DNA of 64,000 nt from the human T2T-CHM13v2.0 reference genome, Homo sapiens. Position numbers and translations under genes: made by a program. The notes beneath the pieces are model-generated. The model had not been told where the DNA came from, ran no database searches, and was given only the letters and a program-made list of their open reading frames with translations. Location of the stretch: NCBI RefSeq assembly GCF_009914755.1, contig NC_060934.1. One strand, given 5' to 3'. Positions 1 to 14,159 of this stretch are shown in pieces (the first letter of the stretch is position 1; every line of letters starts with the position of its first letter).

Positions 1-39
1 TATGACATTAGATTTTCCAAAACTTCAGCTCTTGGCCAT

Positions 40-175
40 GCATTCATTAAATTCATATAATTGAATTAAATTAAATTCATATAATTTATATGTTTATTAA
101 ATTAAACTCATATAATTAAAATTTATATAACTAAATAAATATATAATATAAGTAAGTTCATATAATTTATATGTT
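40..175. repeat. AT-rich imperfect tandem repeat (core TCATATAATT)
   Basis: Several copies of (A/G)(T/C)TCATATAATT in near-pure AT sequence. Confidence 0.7.
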
Positions 176-391
176 TGGAGAGCACCTACTATACAGGACA
201 GCTTGGGCACTGTGATAGATACTGAAGAAGCCTCCAAGGGACATGACCTGAGAAGTAGGCAGTGAGAGTGATGGGAGGAGACAAGTGAGGGTCTTTGACA
301 TTTGGGAACCTAGCGGTCAGCCTGGAGTGAGAAGTGGGCAAGGATCTCAGACACTCCTGGGAGCAGCTGCCACCAGGAAACTTCTAGTGAT

Positions 392-811
392 TGTGTCCAG
401 GGAAAGGTTGCCTTTTCTGTTTATTCTAAACCATTTTATCCAGCTAGAAGTGCCTATCATGCTATTGCGTGTTCTTAGTCTCTGTGCTTTATGCTTTACA
501 TATTTAATTTGGATAATGTTGCACTTTATCTGAGCCTTGTGTTTCTGGAAAGCAGCACCTGTTGAGAATTTTGCCCATTCTTTTGTATCCCGGGAAATGG
601 TTAACTGCAAAAGAATACCTTGTCCTCGCATCTTGCCAAGGTAGGAACTGTCTCCATCCCTCCTCATGATTCAAGGATAGCTTCTTTGTCTACCCAACTC
701 TATAAAAGCCCAGAACCCCTTCCCTTTCTTTCACAAAATGAACATTCTCCTCATTGCAACAGCCTAAATAAAATCATCTCCTTAATTGTCTGGTGAATTT
801 TGTTTTTCACA
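392..811 (+). mobile_element. ERV1-class solo LTR (MER89/MER90/MER110-like, family tentative)
   Basis: TATAAAA at 701, AATAAA at 767, ends ...CCTTAATTGTCTGGTGAATTTTGTTTTTCACA; the same terminus occurs at 47962-47993; left boundary uncertain. Confidence 0.55.
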
Positions 812-834
812 ATTTCAAGTAATCAATTATAATA

Positions 835-1010
835 GAATATTTATTTGATCACTTATACTTTGTGCTTTTGCCATCAGGCACTGTGCTGGGCTGCAGATGT
901 AAAGCACTGAGCAAGGCAGACTCTCTCCCGGCCCCCCAGCTCACAGGCTAGTAGGAGCATCAGATGATCAAACAAGGAATTATGAAACAGTGGATTGACT
1001 GTTGTGATAG
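835..1010 (-). mobile_element. L2 LINE 3' fragment
   Basis: CAGGCACTGTGCTGGGCTGCAG...GAGCAAGGCAGAC resembles the reverse complement of the L2 3' end. Confidence 0.6.
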
Positions 1011-1874
1011 GTATACAGGTGAAGTAAATGAATTACTGATTGTAAAAAAAAAAAAGAATTTAACCCAGTATTGAAAAATGCAGTGTTTGAGTTGCCGTTA
1101 AATGTTTCTTTGACGTACATCTTGAAATACAGAAATTGCTTTTATTGAGGAACAATAGGACTCATTATATAAGGGCCTGACTCAGCTGTGGGGAGGCTGG
1201 GCCATGCTTCTGTTCTGGCTGCTCAGAGGACTCCCAGAATGGCTGGAAAATGGTCACATGGATTCCCTGGTTGAAGGTAGAAAAGGGAAGAATATGACTG
1301 ACACATAAACCTGAGTTTATCTGAATTTTTGATGTTTGGCACAGGGCACTACGAACTTGCTAATGGTCTATTGAGAAGACAAAATTGCAAGCCAAGGCCT
1401 TGGAACAAGAAAGCATTAGAAATATTTTCTTCGATCCTATTTTGTCTGGTGGATTACCATGGCAATGGGCTACTGGGAAGAGACAGTTAGTTCTACTAAC
1501 ACATTATTTTGTATGTGAAAACTTTGCTCAGAATGGTATTTGGTCTAGGACTTTGCCTGACTTCCATAGTGTGGGGAACTTAGTGTTTGAATAACATTGC
1601 CTAACAGATTCTGGTGTTCAAGTGTTTTCTAAATTTTAAAACCTTACCTCAGGACCTTGAAATAGGCAATGATATGTGGAGATACAGATCCTGGCTGCTA
1701 TGAGCACATAAAAATAATAAATATGTTTAAATAATAATGCTTTAAAATAATAACAAATATTTTTTATTATTAAGATGATGAATAAAAATGATTAATATAA
1801 AAGTGATCAATTGTAAAAATTCAGAGAAAATAAATAACAAGAATGAAATAGTATTTATTAGTATCTCCTCCCTA

Positions 1875-1970
1875 ACAAGGTAGTTATTATTTTACCCTCA
1901 TTTTACACATGAATCAGCTAATACTAAGGTTCACCACTCAGGTCCGTTTGACTGCAAAACTCACACTCTG
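1875..1970 (-). mobile_element. MIR fragment
   Basis: AGGTAGTTATTATTTTACCCTCATTTTACACATGAA MIR core-like. Confidence 0.55.
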
Positions 1971-4770
1971 CTATATTGTTTCCAATTCTTGACTGTCATA
2001 TGAATTCTGGTCACTGCCTTGAAACTGACTACTATAAAAGAGAAGTTGCCCCAAACCTGGTGTGGGAAGGAATCTTTTTACATGATGTAATTTGCAACCT
2101 CATTCTGAGAAGAAATTAACATTCCTGACAAAATGCTTAAGTAATATTCTGGAAAACATTAATGGACCAAAGTCTTGTTCTAGGAAACCAGTCACCTATC
2201 TACCCCACTGAATGACATTCAACAATCTAGTGGCTTTTAACAAACATTCTCTTCTTTTTGTATTTTCCTATCAAATGTTCTTATGAAGAATGTATTAATA
2301 TTTCTGATTGGCTTACTGGAGGCCTTTGTCCTTGAAGCAAGATTGTAACAAACTTTGACAGTGCCCATAACTAAAATGTCTGAAGGGTTTTTGTGAACAC
2401 TCTAGACTGGTGTATTTGCTGTGGAATCAAACTTTCTTATCAATCCAGTGGATGTGGATCCCCTCACCTGCCTACTGCTTACCAACCTCCTCCCTGCTTC
2501 TTCGTCATTTCTTCCACCCCTCAGTATTTCTGTTCCTTGTTGATCTGGACTGGAGACATTGAGATGGCCTAGGCCCACCCAGTTGGAGCCCTGTTTTGGA
2601 GTATCTTTTTCCTTAGATGGTTGTGAGTCACTTCTCAAAGGCCAAGTGGAATTTTTCAGGAAAAATATCATGGGAAGGATACCTCATGAGGATAAGCTTA
2701 ACTGTCCAAGATTTATCCTGAAGAGAGGGAAGGATGCACTGGGAGATAAACACCTGGCTGTTTTAAAAGGTCATTCATTCACAGTCTGATCTGGCTATCA
2801 ATAGAGACCGTTTCACTGAATCCTGGAACACAAGAGAGAGTAGTTAGTTACCTTTGCAGCTTAAGAATGCTTAAGCCAAGTAAGAGAAAATACCACTTCC
2901 TCTGGTGGACAGTAAGTCAAGGGAAATATTATGAGTTTAAAAATGTTTTTATATATTCACAAATAAAAGAACCATGATTAAGAGACTCTGAAATGCTTGG
3001 AGAAACACTGTTCTTGTTAACATTATAGTTAGGGGCAAATCACCTCCCAAATGAATTGTTGAAGATGCTATTGGCCTGAATGGACCATTGATCCAATCCA
3101 GAAAATTATCATTTCTTTTTGTTTTGGCTGGAAGGCTTAGCTTTTAACATTTTGACAACAATTATAGAGAAAGAGCAATATTGCTTATTTAGCATCCTGC
3201 TGAATTTCCTTATTGTAGAATTTTCATCTAGAGTTTGGGTAACTCTAAAATGCTTCAGAGGTATTAACAACATTGCAGTCTTCACCAAGTGAGGAAAACC
3301 TACAAAAAATGTGTGTGTAGGTGCAATGAAAAATTTTCAAGTCAATGTAAATGTGTTATAAGAGTGGAGAACCTGGAATTTTTAGAAGTAACTCAGCCCT
3401 AATACTTTCTGTCAAAATATAGAAGGCCACAGCTTTAGAAAATAAATACAAAACCTCAAACTTCTGTCCCTTTGAAGAATAAGAAAATATGAAACATAAA
3501 AATAAAATATCTGGAAAATACAGAGACATTTTGTTTTGCATCTTCATTTTCTTATTATTGACAAATTGAAAATTCCTGTTTTGTATTAAGCACAATGTTT
3601 GCTGTCATAAAACGTTTAAGCAGTGTGATCTGGGTTTATTTTTTGGAGTTGCCATCAGGGAGGACAGATTGCTTTTTTAAAAGTTACATTTCATTTTTTA
3701 AACCTTGAGCTAAAAAGCCTTTGGAGAATTGGGGGCACTGTCAGTGAGGTGCCTAACTCCTAGGGAATAGAAATAGAATGGCCTGGATGAAATATTTTTG
3801 TAAACTTCTCAAAATTCAAAAGTGTAACTATATGAATTTACTTTCTATTTAGTCCAGTGGATAAAAAGTGAAAGTTTGCCTTAAGGTTCAGAGTCTTGTG
3901 CTAAATTTGTTCAAAATTTCATGTGAAATAGTTACCAAATGGATACTTCCACCACACTTATCTACTTATGGTATCTGGTATTAAAAATAAAACCAAAGGA
4001 AGAAAAAGGCTGCTAATAATGGCAATGAAAACAGCTCATTCATTGGCTTTATTCCTTAGGCAAGGATTTCCAGAGCACCTTGATAGGTCTTAAGGATGTC
4101 AGATAGTGGGCATAGAGTGATGAGGAAGACAGGCACCATCCTTACCCTCATGGAGACTCTAGTTTAGTAGGAGAGGCAGGCCAAATGTGCAAAGGCCTGC
4201 AGGAGGCAGGAAAGGGACCTAAATTTGTGAAATGGTGTGAATTGATGGGAAGTGTGACAAACCAAAAAGAGAATGCACTGATTAAAGCTTTTCAAAAGAA
4301 ATACTGTGTGGACCATGGAATGCATCTGTAAGCAGATTAGTCCTACATACCATTTGAAACCTCTACATTAAAGGAATAATTGCACAAATAACCATGCTAA
4401 CCATGCAGGAAATAAGGACTATAAGGCATAATCCAAGATGTCATGAGAAAGTATAGTCATGATTCCTGACTATAATTCCTGAGGAAGTTGCATTTTACCA
4501 GAGACCCGAAAGATTTGATTAGTAGACTTAGTAGGCAGTAGGGACTGGAGACAGAAGATTTAAGGTGAATCTAACAGTAGAGGGCACAGGATATCTGAAA
4601 CTTCCATGTGATTGGAGCCCAGTGAGTGAGGGGGGGAAGCAGCGAGGGATGAGCTGAAGTTTTAGGAGCCAGACAATGTAAGATTGAATAGGCTATGTTG
4701 AGAATTTAAACTTACTCTAAAACTAATGGGAATTTCTTAAAGGATTGTAAAAAAAAGGGAGGATTCGATC

Positions 4771-4805
<35 letters not shown>

Positions 4806-4856
4806 TATGTATATATACATATATATGTATATATACGTATATATACATATATATAT
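4771..4856. repeat. (TA)n microsatellite with CA/TG interruptions
   Basis: Direct reading. Confidence 0.95.
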
Positions 4857-5029
4857 TACAAGCATGTTCTTATTGAGGTGTGGAGAATTCAGCAGAGGAA
4901 GAGGTCAAGGTGGGATGTGGATAGAACAGTTAGGAAGCTGTTGCAGCAGTTCAGGTGAAATGGACTGGGCTTTGGTCAGGTGGTTGGCCATTGAAATACA
5001 GAGACATTTTATCATTTGGGATTTGGAGT

Positions 5030-5460
5030 AGCTGTAACTGAAACTCCAAATTACAGTGGCTTGGACAGATATTTATTCCTCTCTCGCATAACTGAAATCT
5101 GTACATAGCCTAGAATTCAATTGGTGGCTCCACCATTCTTAGGGACCAGATTCCTTCCATTTTGTCAATACGTGACTTCAACCTCCTCATTGACGGTGGC
5201 TGCTTTAATTCCAGTCATGTTGTTTTCATCCCAGACAACGTGAATGATGAAGGGAGGAAAAAAGATACATCCCTTTCCTGTAAGAGAATTTCTAGAAATT
5301 ATACGTGATGCTTGCAGTTACAGCTCATTGGAAAGCACTCAGTAGCATGGCCCCATGTGATTACAATGGAAGATAGACAATAAAATGTTTACTCTAGGTT
5401 ACTACAGGTCTAGTTGAAAATCAGGACGTCTATGACTAAGGTTGAAAGGAACAGAAAACG
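5030..5460 (-). mobile_element. MLT1-type (MaLR) LTR, old subfamily
   Basis: GCTGTAACTGAAACTCCAAATTACAGTGGCTT...TTTATT start; AGGGACCAGATTCCTTCCAT; ATGGCCCCATGTGATTACAATGGAAG. Confidence 0.55.
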
Positions 5461-5729
5461 TTGATAAATAGCCAACATCTGTAATACAAGTAGATAAAGT
5501 TGAGACTTGTTTTGGAAATAAAGTTAGCAGGATTTGATAACTGATTTAATGGGGGTTGGGTGAGGACAAGAGAAGGAACAAATCTCATTTCTACTTTTCT
5601 GAGACAATCAATGGTAGTACCTTTTTGGAAATGAAAAAAATGAAAAAAGGGGCAGGTTTAGGGCAAAGAACAAAAATTAATTAGCTGTTGGGAGCTTCCT
5701 CAAAATTATAGAGGGAGCAATTTATCAAT

Positions 5730-6830
5730 TTTTTGTTGTTGTTCCATTCTAGAGATGTTTTATGCCCATATAGGAATGTGGGTGTGCATACCTGATATGT
5801 GTGTATACACACATATTTTATTTTTACAAAAATGGTAGGGTTTAATTATACCATTATATACCTAAAATCCTTTACTTGATATATATTGGGGATCTTTCCA
5901 TATAATTGCATGAAGAAGTGCCTTACTATTTTTAATCATCACAGAGTATTTCATTGTATGGCTTTGCCATAATTTATTTAACCAGTTCTTATCTGTACAT
6001 TTGTTTCTGTTTTTTTCAGATTATAAAAAATGCTGCAATGAATGTCTACACTTTAAAGTAAAATTGTTGGGTTTAGGGGCACATTATTGAAAATTTTGGC
6101 TTGCGTATTTTTTTCATAGAGGTGTCAGCAATTTCTACTCCCACTGGCAATATATCGGGATGCCTGTTTTCCTTTACTCTTGTCAACTCAATGTGTCAAG
6201 CTTTCTGATGGTTAAAATAATATTAGATTTTTGTTTTAATTTGCTTTTTCTTAGCAGAAATGAAATAAAACACTTCACATGTTTAAAATGTTTTATTTCT
6301 TTTTCTAAACATGTCCTCATTTTTGCTATTGGATTCTTATTTTCTTATTTAATTGAAGGAACTGGTTATACGTTAGATTATCTGTTTTGCAAATATTTTC
6401 CTGTTTATCCTTTTTTGTCCTCATAGTAAATTTCTTTCTATAAATTCAACTTATTTACTATGAATAGCTTCTTGTTATTAAGTAGGTTTAATACAGTTAC
6501 CACGTTGGTTTGCATGCTTTAAACTTTATTCTCCTCTGTAAAATACATCATTTTACAGAAATGAGCTCATACTGAATATATCTTTTAGGTTTCTGCTTTT
6601 ATTCTCACTTAATAATAAAAATCTTTCTAAGTCATTCATTGTTTTAACAAATTATTTTTAATTGTTTCATACATTATTCTGTCATTTGGAGTTAACAATA
6701 ATTTACTCAAGCAACCCTCCCGCTGTTGCATAATTAGGTTATTTTCATTTAAAAAAAAACCGATATAAGCTACAGCCATGGTAGTTTCACTATGATAAAG
6801 TCCTCAAAGTAAAATTTGGAGGTCATTGTG
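5730..6830 (-). mobile_element. Old L1M (L1ME-like) 3' fragments
   Basis: AGTATTTCATTGTATGG...CCATAATTTATTTAACCAG, CTCCCACTGGCAATAT: degenerate reversed L1 3' motifs. Confidence 0.55.
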
Positions 6831-6859
6831 CAAAAGTACTCTCCTTGTGCTTCAATGCT

Positions 6860-7251
6860 TCCCGCAGCTAGACCAAGCTCCGCGGGCAGGAGCTGGAGTC
6901 CAAGCTAGGGGAAAGAAGGACCTTCCGGGCCCATAAGGCGGGAGGCAAGGAGGGCCCCTGGGCAGCCCCGCGCTTGCGCGCCAATCACGGCCGTTATGGA
7001 TTTCGATACGTTACCAAACGGTCTCCTACAAAGGCAGAAACCGTTTAAATATTTCAGAAGGATTGATTTTCATTTTGCAAATATAATACTGGTTCATTTT
7101 CTTTCTCTTCCTCCATCCATTCTACTATTGAACATAAAACGTGTCAATAGTATTGTAGTTCAGCATGTATCTCAGGATATTAAAAGGGCAGTGTGACTCA
7201 GCTAGAAAAGGATGAACTTTCCCCAAAGATAAAGTGACCTATGCGGTAAGT
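6860..7251 (+). promoter_or_regulatory. Small CpG cluster: candidate promoter and alternative first exon
   Basis: GCGCTTGCGC (NRF1-like) 6970-6979, CCAAT 6981-6985, MYB-type CCGTTA 6991-6996, AACGG 7017-7021, CCGTTT 7041-7046, AP-1 TGACTCA 7194-7200, splice donor CG|GTAAGT at 7246. Confidence 0.45.
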
Positions 7252-7529
7252 CCTACGGGACTTCATATCCTCATTGGAGAGAGGTTTAGGGTGTTTCTAG
7301 TTGTAGCAGGGTTAGTTGCACCTTAGGTTGAAGCAAGATTTTGCTACTGGAAATTAAATATGGTAAAAGGAGGTGCTCTCGGCCGCCAATTTGACAAGGG
7401 ATGGACCGTGCTGGTTTTGTATCAACTGGCCTAAGCTAGAACTTCATTTCCATTATGTCTCCATATCAGGTTTGGCCAAAAGATATATCTATGCCAGATT
7501 TGGGAAGCAGAAGTGAAAGAGTAACCGTT

Positions 7530-7740
7530 ACTCTGTGTAGCTGGTGCGGAAGGAGAGAAGTGTAGATGTACTGCTTGTGGGCTCTAGCTTGTCCTCGCCT
7601 GCCTCTGTCTTGACTCCAGCTGGTGTCCTTTTCTGCCTGCCTTGCTGACCAACAGCAGCCCCAAACCCACAGTCAATGCAGAGGCAACAGCCTTCCATGC
7701 ACTTCTTCGCCAGCTCCTGTTGTGGTCTCACTCTTGCAAC
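7530..7740 (+). mobile_element. ERVL-class LTR fragment (LTR41/LTR52/MLT2-like, tentative)
   Basis: GCAGAGGCAACAGCCTTCCAT...CCAGCTCC motif recalled from ERVL LTR consensi. Confidence 0.35.
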
Positions 7741-7899
7741 TGGATGTTCCCAGTTCTCTATATGTAACCTGTGACTTTTCCTTCACTTGACTACTTCAGG
7801 AGAGGTGAATAGAGACTTTTCTCCAATTCTCCACCTTCCAACGGTGGCCTTACTTCCCCGTCTCCTCCCACTATTGTGCAAGGTCTAATTTTTTAATCC

Positions 7900-7997
7900 T
7901 TAGACTATAAACTCTGTGGAGGTAGCCACCTGTTTAGTTTACAGCTATAGTCCCAGCGCCTGGCACCCAGAAGACACTCATTAAATGTTTGAAGAAT
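7900..7997 (+). mobile_element. L2 3' terminus
   Basis: TAGACTATAAACTCTGTGGAGG...CCCAGCGCCTGGCAC...CTCATTAAATGTTTGAAGAAT. Confidence 0.65.
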
Positions 7998-9689
7998 TAT
8001 TAAAGCCCCCAATAATTGATAGCCCTTATTATTTATCCAGTACTTAGATTCTCAAATATGAAACACGAACAACTTGGTTTCATTATCTGGCTTAAAAAGC
8101 TTATCAGGGAAAAAGTTTTTAAAAATATATTTTGGGCAGCATTTGAGTCATTTCCCGCACCCCCAAACCTATGTCAGTCGATAGGAAGTCTGAAATTGCC
8201 TTGAGTTCTGTAGGCAGGACACTTCAGTGGGCTGAAAAGTGTTGGGCTTATACCTCACTGCTCACTGCTCATCATAACTCTTCCCCTCTTTGCTTGGATT
8301 TTTTTTCTTAAATATGCCATGGTCAGCAAAATTTTTATTTCCTTTCTTCTGTAAAGTGACTTCTTTAAAAACCCTAATTATCTTATACTACCTAAGTTTT
8401 AAATTGTCTGAGAGAAATATTTTCTTTTTGTTTTACCTAAGAGTGTCTTTTCAATTTTCTTTTATTATCTTTTCAAAACCATATCACTCAACCATCTACA
8501 GCTTAGTGTGCAGCATTGTGGTATGAATATGTGGCTGGAAAGTCAGGGATTTAAAAGAACTATGAAATATATATTTTGACTTTTGGGGATAATTTTCTGG
8601 GAACAGATTTTTAAATACCTCAAGCCTTTTTTATATACTAATATCCTACCAAATATATGCCATTTTAGCAGCTCATAATAGTTATTAATAAAATATTATG
8701 GTTGTTATTCTATTGTTTAACTCTTCCCCCATGTCTTCTCATGAAAAGCTCATATACATAATGTATATTGTATTCTTCCATACTGACTATAACATATTGA
8801 CTGTTCCTGACCCTTCTGTTTAACCAGTTTTAGCATTTTTCACTTTCCTCATTTTCAGTCATTCTTCTCTTTTTGAAGTATTCCCTGTTCACTTCCATCA
8901 GGTTGGAATTTCACTTTGGCCTCACAGTCTACTCAATCTCTTTAATGTCCCATGAGCACATCTTTCATGGCATCTAAGTAGGCTACCATGTAATTCAATC
9001 ATTTTTCACACTTCTTAAATGTTAAAAAAATTAATACATAAACACTTAGAAAAGTAGAAAATTCTTCATTTAATTATATTAACTCTCAACAATCCTTAAA
9101 GTTCTTTAATTGTAAATTTCATTAAGGTAACTTAGGTTCTTGTTCATAAAGTCAAAAAGTTGTATGTCATGTAATGCAAATTACACCATTATCCACTCTT
9201 CTCCATCTCTGATTCTCACTCTCCAAAGGCAACAACTTTCATCTCTTTTAACTGTTTTTTTTTCTATTGTTTACTGTCACAAGCCTATAATATACCTCTC
9301 ATACTATTTATTTTTCAGTTTGGTTCTTATCTATTGCCTTTCTTCTACAAAAGATGAGGAGTTGGCTGTCTTACAACTGGGCATGTAGCTTCTTCTTTCA
9401 TTTCTTAATCTTGCAATATCATATTTTTAAAAATCTTATCAGTGTTTAGTGTTTATTTTGACAATGTAAATATTATTCACAGATGAACTTGTAGTGTATT
9501 AGGTTTACTTCTTTTTTGTAGACCTTTGCTTTTGTTTTTCCTTGACTATGCATTGCCTTGATTTTTGTTTAGTTAGTTTTCTAAGTAGTTATTATCAGTT
9601 CATTCTGCCAAATTCTGACAAGTCTTAAGTGCCTTTTGATACATTCAAATGAAACTATCCAGTTTCTTTTATTTTCCTTTTTTTCCTGG

Positions 9690-9940
9690 AGGCCACGGTC
9701 CTAGGTACATTGCCTTCATGAGCTCCTTCCTCCATAAAAAATAAAAATTATTTTACAGCCACGTTGGTATAAAGGTAAATATGATCAGGGTGGATTTATT
9801 ATCATATAGTCACTGTTATTATATTAATTTTATCTCCTAATTTTAAAGGAAATTAAAATGACGACATTTTTGTAAATTCCTAACAGCGTCATGGGCCCTC
9901 AAGCACTATGCCTACTCAGCCTAATGGATGAGTCGGCCCT
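9690..9940. mobile_element. hAT-Tip100 DNA transposon (MER96-like)
   Basis: Terminus GGGCCCTCAAGCACTATGCCTACTCAGCCTAATGGATGAGTCGGCCCT. Confidence 0.55.
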
Positions 9941-10227
9941 ACGGAAGGCATTCTTTGCTTCTGAACCCCTCTTTTCTCCTGTTCCAATCTGGACTACTTA
10001 TTCTGTAGGCCCTGAGATGTTTTCTTACTGTTATCCTGACAATTCAATTTTTTTCTCTCATATATTGGATCCCCTATTTCTGTGAATATGTGGCTGGTTT
10101 TCTTTCTGGTAGTACGCCTTCATTTTGATAGAGTGCATCTTTCAGAAGGCTCTGCTATAGCATGTCTGGAGGTAAATATGAGGCCTTGCATGTGAGATAA
10201 ATGTTTCAATCTACTCTCATAATTGGT

Positions 10228-10745
10228 TGTATAGAGGAAGAGTAATCATTTTCTTCAACAGTAAGTTCTTAGTTGAAATGAACTTCTGTAATACAAGACA
10301 GATCAACAAGAGAAAAACAGAAGTGTATTAACATGTGTATTTCATACATACACCAGAGACACCCAGGGAATGAGTAGTTCTCAGAATTGGCTTTGAATTC
10401 TGGCTGATATAGCATCTTCAATAATGAACAGCAAATTTCTGGAGAGGTAAAGGAAAAGAACTTTAGGAGTGGCAACTTGTGGGAAGGCAAATGCATAGCA
10501 AATAAAGGCTAGCTAGTAATGTTTGTTAATGGAGATTTCCCTGGTATCATCTCCAGGTGGTAACAGTTTAAAGTTGTCTTATGTGGTTATCTTTTGGTCT
10601 CCCTGGTAGAAGGGAGGCAGAATACTTTTAGTTTTTGTATGTCCTGCTTTTAGGCAAATAGAGGGATGGCAGAGAGCTTCTCTGCATCTGCTTCTTCTTA
10701 ATTACCTGCAGCTCAATAATCCTTTATATTTTGGAGTAGCACAAC
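10228..10745 (-). mobile_element. ERV1 solo LTR, MER34/MER39 family, inserted in an old L1 fragment
   Basis: AAGACAGATCAACAAGAGAAAAACAGAAGTGTATTAAC...CAGCTCAATAATCCTTTATATTTTGGAGTAGCA; L1M-like GATAGTTTGGCTGGATATAGAATTCTGGGTTG resumes after it. Confidence 0.65.
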
Positions 10746-11464
10746 AGATAGTTTGGCTGGATATAGAATTCTGGGTTGAAAATTATTCACCTCCTAGATT
10801 TTTTAAAACTGCGTACATCATATATGTTCATTGTAAAGAATGAAAAACATATAGAAAGAAGAAAATAAACCAAGCCTGAATGCTGCACCCTAAATTAGCC
10901 ATCAATATTCTGGGATCCTTATCGATAAGGGGGTCAAATAGTCTGTTTGGAATGTACCCTGTCACTTGCTCCCTGGTTTTCAGAACAGTCTTACTGCCTT
11001 TAGGGCGACTCTGGTCCTAAAGTCCAGAGCTTTGCTGAATTGACATCTCTGGAGAATAAACCAGTTTACTGCCAGTGGGGAGTGGATATGGACTGCTAAG
11101 TATTGAGACTTCCAGTTCCCCTATTTTTCATCTTACCTGTTCCACCATTGGGCACATGCCACCTCCAATTCAGGGCTTTTGAGGGATTTGCAGCAGAAAC
11201 TACTCTGTTTATATTTCTGCCACTGCTGGCTTAGGTTTTCGCTTTCTCATCTTTGCTAAAAACTGCTAATAAAACATCTGCATTGTTGCTTCCAAAATTG
11301 TATTGCTGTTGTCTCTTTGCCACTTCTATTCATTCTGTGGTTTGACCTTTTAAATTAATATCTTTAGGATCCTTATAGTGAGCTATGGGAGGGAGTAAAG
11401 GTATATGTCCATGTTCATTTTCTGATGATTAGTGGGAAGTGTCTCATAACATTCTTGTATACAT

Positions 11465-11749
<285 letters not shown>

Positions 11750-12162
11750 TTATATACATTTTTATACACTATTTTAGTGCTCTAGAATCCTTAGGGCAAA
11801 GTAACTATGTGTGTGGTATGTCTGTGTTAAGGATAAGATGGTATCAGCCCTAGAGTCTGATGCATAGTTGAGCCTTAATTTTATGCTATTACTATATTTA
11901 TTTAATCAAAAACTTATCTTCCTTACTCCTTTTCCTCACATATAAGTAGCTTAAGTGTTAAAATATATTCTTTCTTCACACAATGACATTAAATCTATGT
12001 CAAAACAATTACCTTTCCAGGAACAAATAGAACCTGTCTTGCTTGGAACTTAAAAATAATTTTTCAAAATCCAGCAGAACATCTCTCCTTTTTGTAAAGC
12101 ATGATTATGTCCTACCTACACACATTAGGAGAAACTATACCTTAAAAATATAGAAAATTTAT

Positions 12163-12508
<346 letters not shown>

Positions 12509-13239
12509 TTAAAATATAAAAATTTATCATAGCTGTAGACATAAAAGTTATAAAAATAAATCTACAATCATTTCAGTTTTTATTAACTCATTTACTTCTG
12601 ATACTAATTAAAAATCTCTCATATAAGTCCATTTATAAGTCCAAATAGAATAAACAAATGTTAAGTATCAATAATATTTAAATTTTTTTTTTATTCCAGA
12701 CTCTGTTGGGTACAAGTGACACAGAAAGTCATCTCAAACTAGCTGAAACACAAAAGGTAATTTATTTGTTTCAATACCTGGAAATTCCAAGAGTTTTTTT
12801 TAGCTCTAGTTATAGCTGGATCAAGATGAGTGTCAAATGATATAATGATATTGTCAGTGTTTGAGTGTCTTATCTATCATGTGTCTATCCATACATATCT
12901 ATACCTACATATATACATATATCACACACGTTTTATAAAAAATTTATCATGTCGACAATAATATTTAAACAAATACCCAAATAAATATTAATCATTGAGT
13001 TTTCTCAGAAGGCTAAATCACTTACAAACAAAATGGAACATTTTTATATTTTTATAATTTCCTTCTGGTACTGTGGATCACAGCCACAGAAGGAAATCAG
13101 TCTAGTAATATTATAGATAGGACATTCACTGGTCCCAATCTGATTTACATTTTCTTATGGACATTTGTGAATTTTTAGCTCTGCTTAGCATCTAAAATCC
13201 AGTGTATGTTTGGAATCTTTTTCAACATTATTAGCCATA

Positions 13240-13690
13240 GTGTGGAGGAGAGACTGCCTCACCCAATGGGAGATGAAAATGCCAAACTCTTGCTTGCCTA
13301 GACTCCCTTGGAGCTAGGACATGACCAAGTGAGGTACATTCCACTAATCAGATTCAGCCATGGAAGCAGGAACCAGTAACTCAAAGAAGCAGGGACTGAG
13401 AGCCTCCATTCAGACTGAATTCCTAGTGCAGCTGTGGCAGCAGAGCTAGAGGCAGTGTCACAGTGCAGTAGTGGAGGGGTTGGTGGTGCAGGCTGTAGAG
13501 TCTTTTGCTTGTTAGTGTTGGTAGGGATGTCAACATTAGGTGAGCTGTGTCATGTCTTGGTGAGCCTGTGTTTCATAGAACCTGGCTCTTCATACATGCT
13601 GGCAATGTAATCCACCCAATATCATTATCACAAACACCTTTCCCATTGAAATTAACCTGAGTTGGTTTCTGTTGCTTGCAGCTGATGAAT
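13240..13690 (+). mobile_element. ERVL LTR33-like solo LTR
   Basis: TGAAAATGCC...AGACTCCCTTGGAGCTAGG...AATCAGAT; 3' end GAGTTGGTTTCTGTTGCTTGCA. Confidence 0.55.
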
Positions 13691-13959
13691 GGATGACCTT
13701 CTCTTCCTCTATGTCATCTCCTTTAGTTATGTATTTATTAACTTAAATCTCATATTACTCTCTTTGGCCTCTGCTACCTGAATCTTCTGGTATCAGCTGA
13801 AGAGGGAGTCTGGGAGGCACAGAACTGGAAGTAAGGCCATACTGGGCCTGGGAGGCAGAGAGAGTCCTACTGGAGGGCCCTCAGAAAGTGAATTCAGCAG
13901 GCACCAGCCTCCAGCCACAGGGTCCTATGCCCACACTTGCTTCCACAAGCCTGGTCCAG

Positions 13960-14150
13960 GCCACCATCATGTCGCCTGGACCATGGCCGTATTTCCTAGG
14001 GTCTGCCTACTCCTGTCCTTGTCCCTGTAAACACTTTATCAAACACAGGGATATTGTTAAAACATAATCAGATCATGTCAATTCTCTGTGAAAACCTCAT
14101 TCTCTCAGAGTAAAAGTCCTTATAGAAGCCTAAAGGCCATACATGGTACC
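13960..14150 (+). mobile_element. L2 fragment (left part; continues at ~18505)
   Basis: TTAAAACATAATCAGATCATGTCA...CAGAGTAAAAGTCCTTATAGAAGCCTAAAGGCCATACATG. Confidence 0.65.
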
Positions 14151-14159
14151 CGCTTCCTC

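Larger units (their letters stand above)
4035..5660 (-). mobile_element. Fragmented L2 LINE, interrupted by (TA)n and an MLT1 LTR
   Basis: L2-like blocks at ~4035-4200, ~4640-5010 and ~5480-5660 (e.g. CCCTCATGGAGACTCTAGTTTAGTAGGAGAGGCAG; GTTAGGAAGCTGTTGCAGCAGTTCAGGTGAAA). Confidence 0.55.

Noticed and set aside
2402-2789. ORFs with complex-looking sequence
   Set aside because: No motif I can assign to a protein or repeat family
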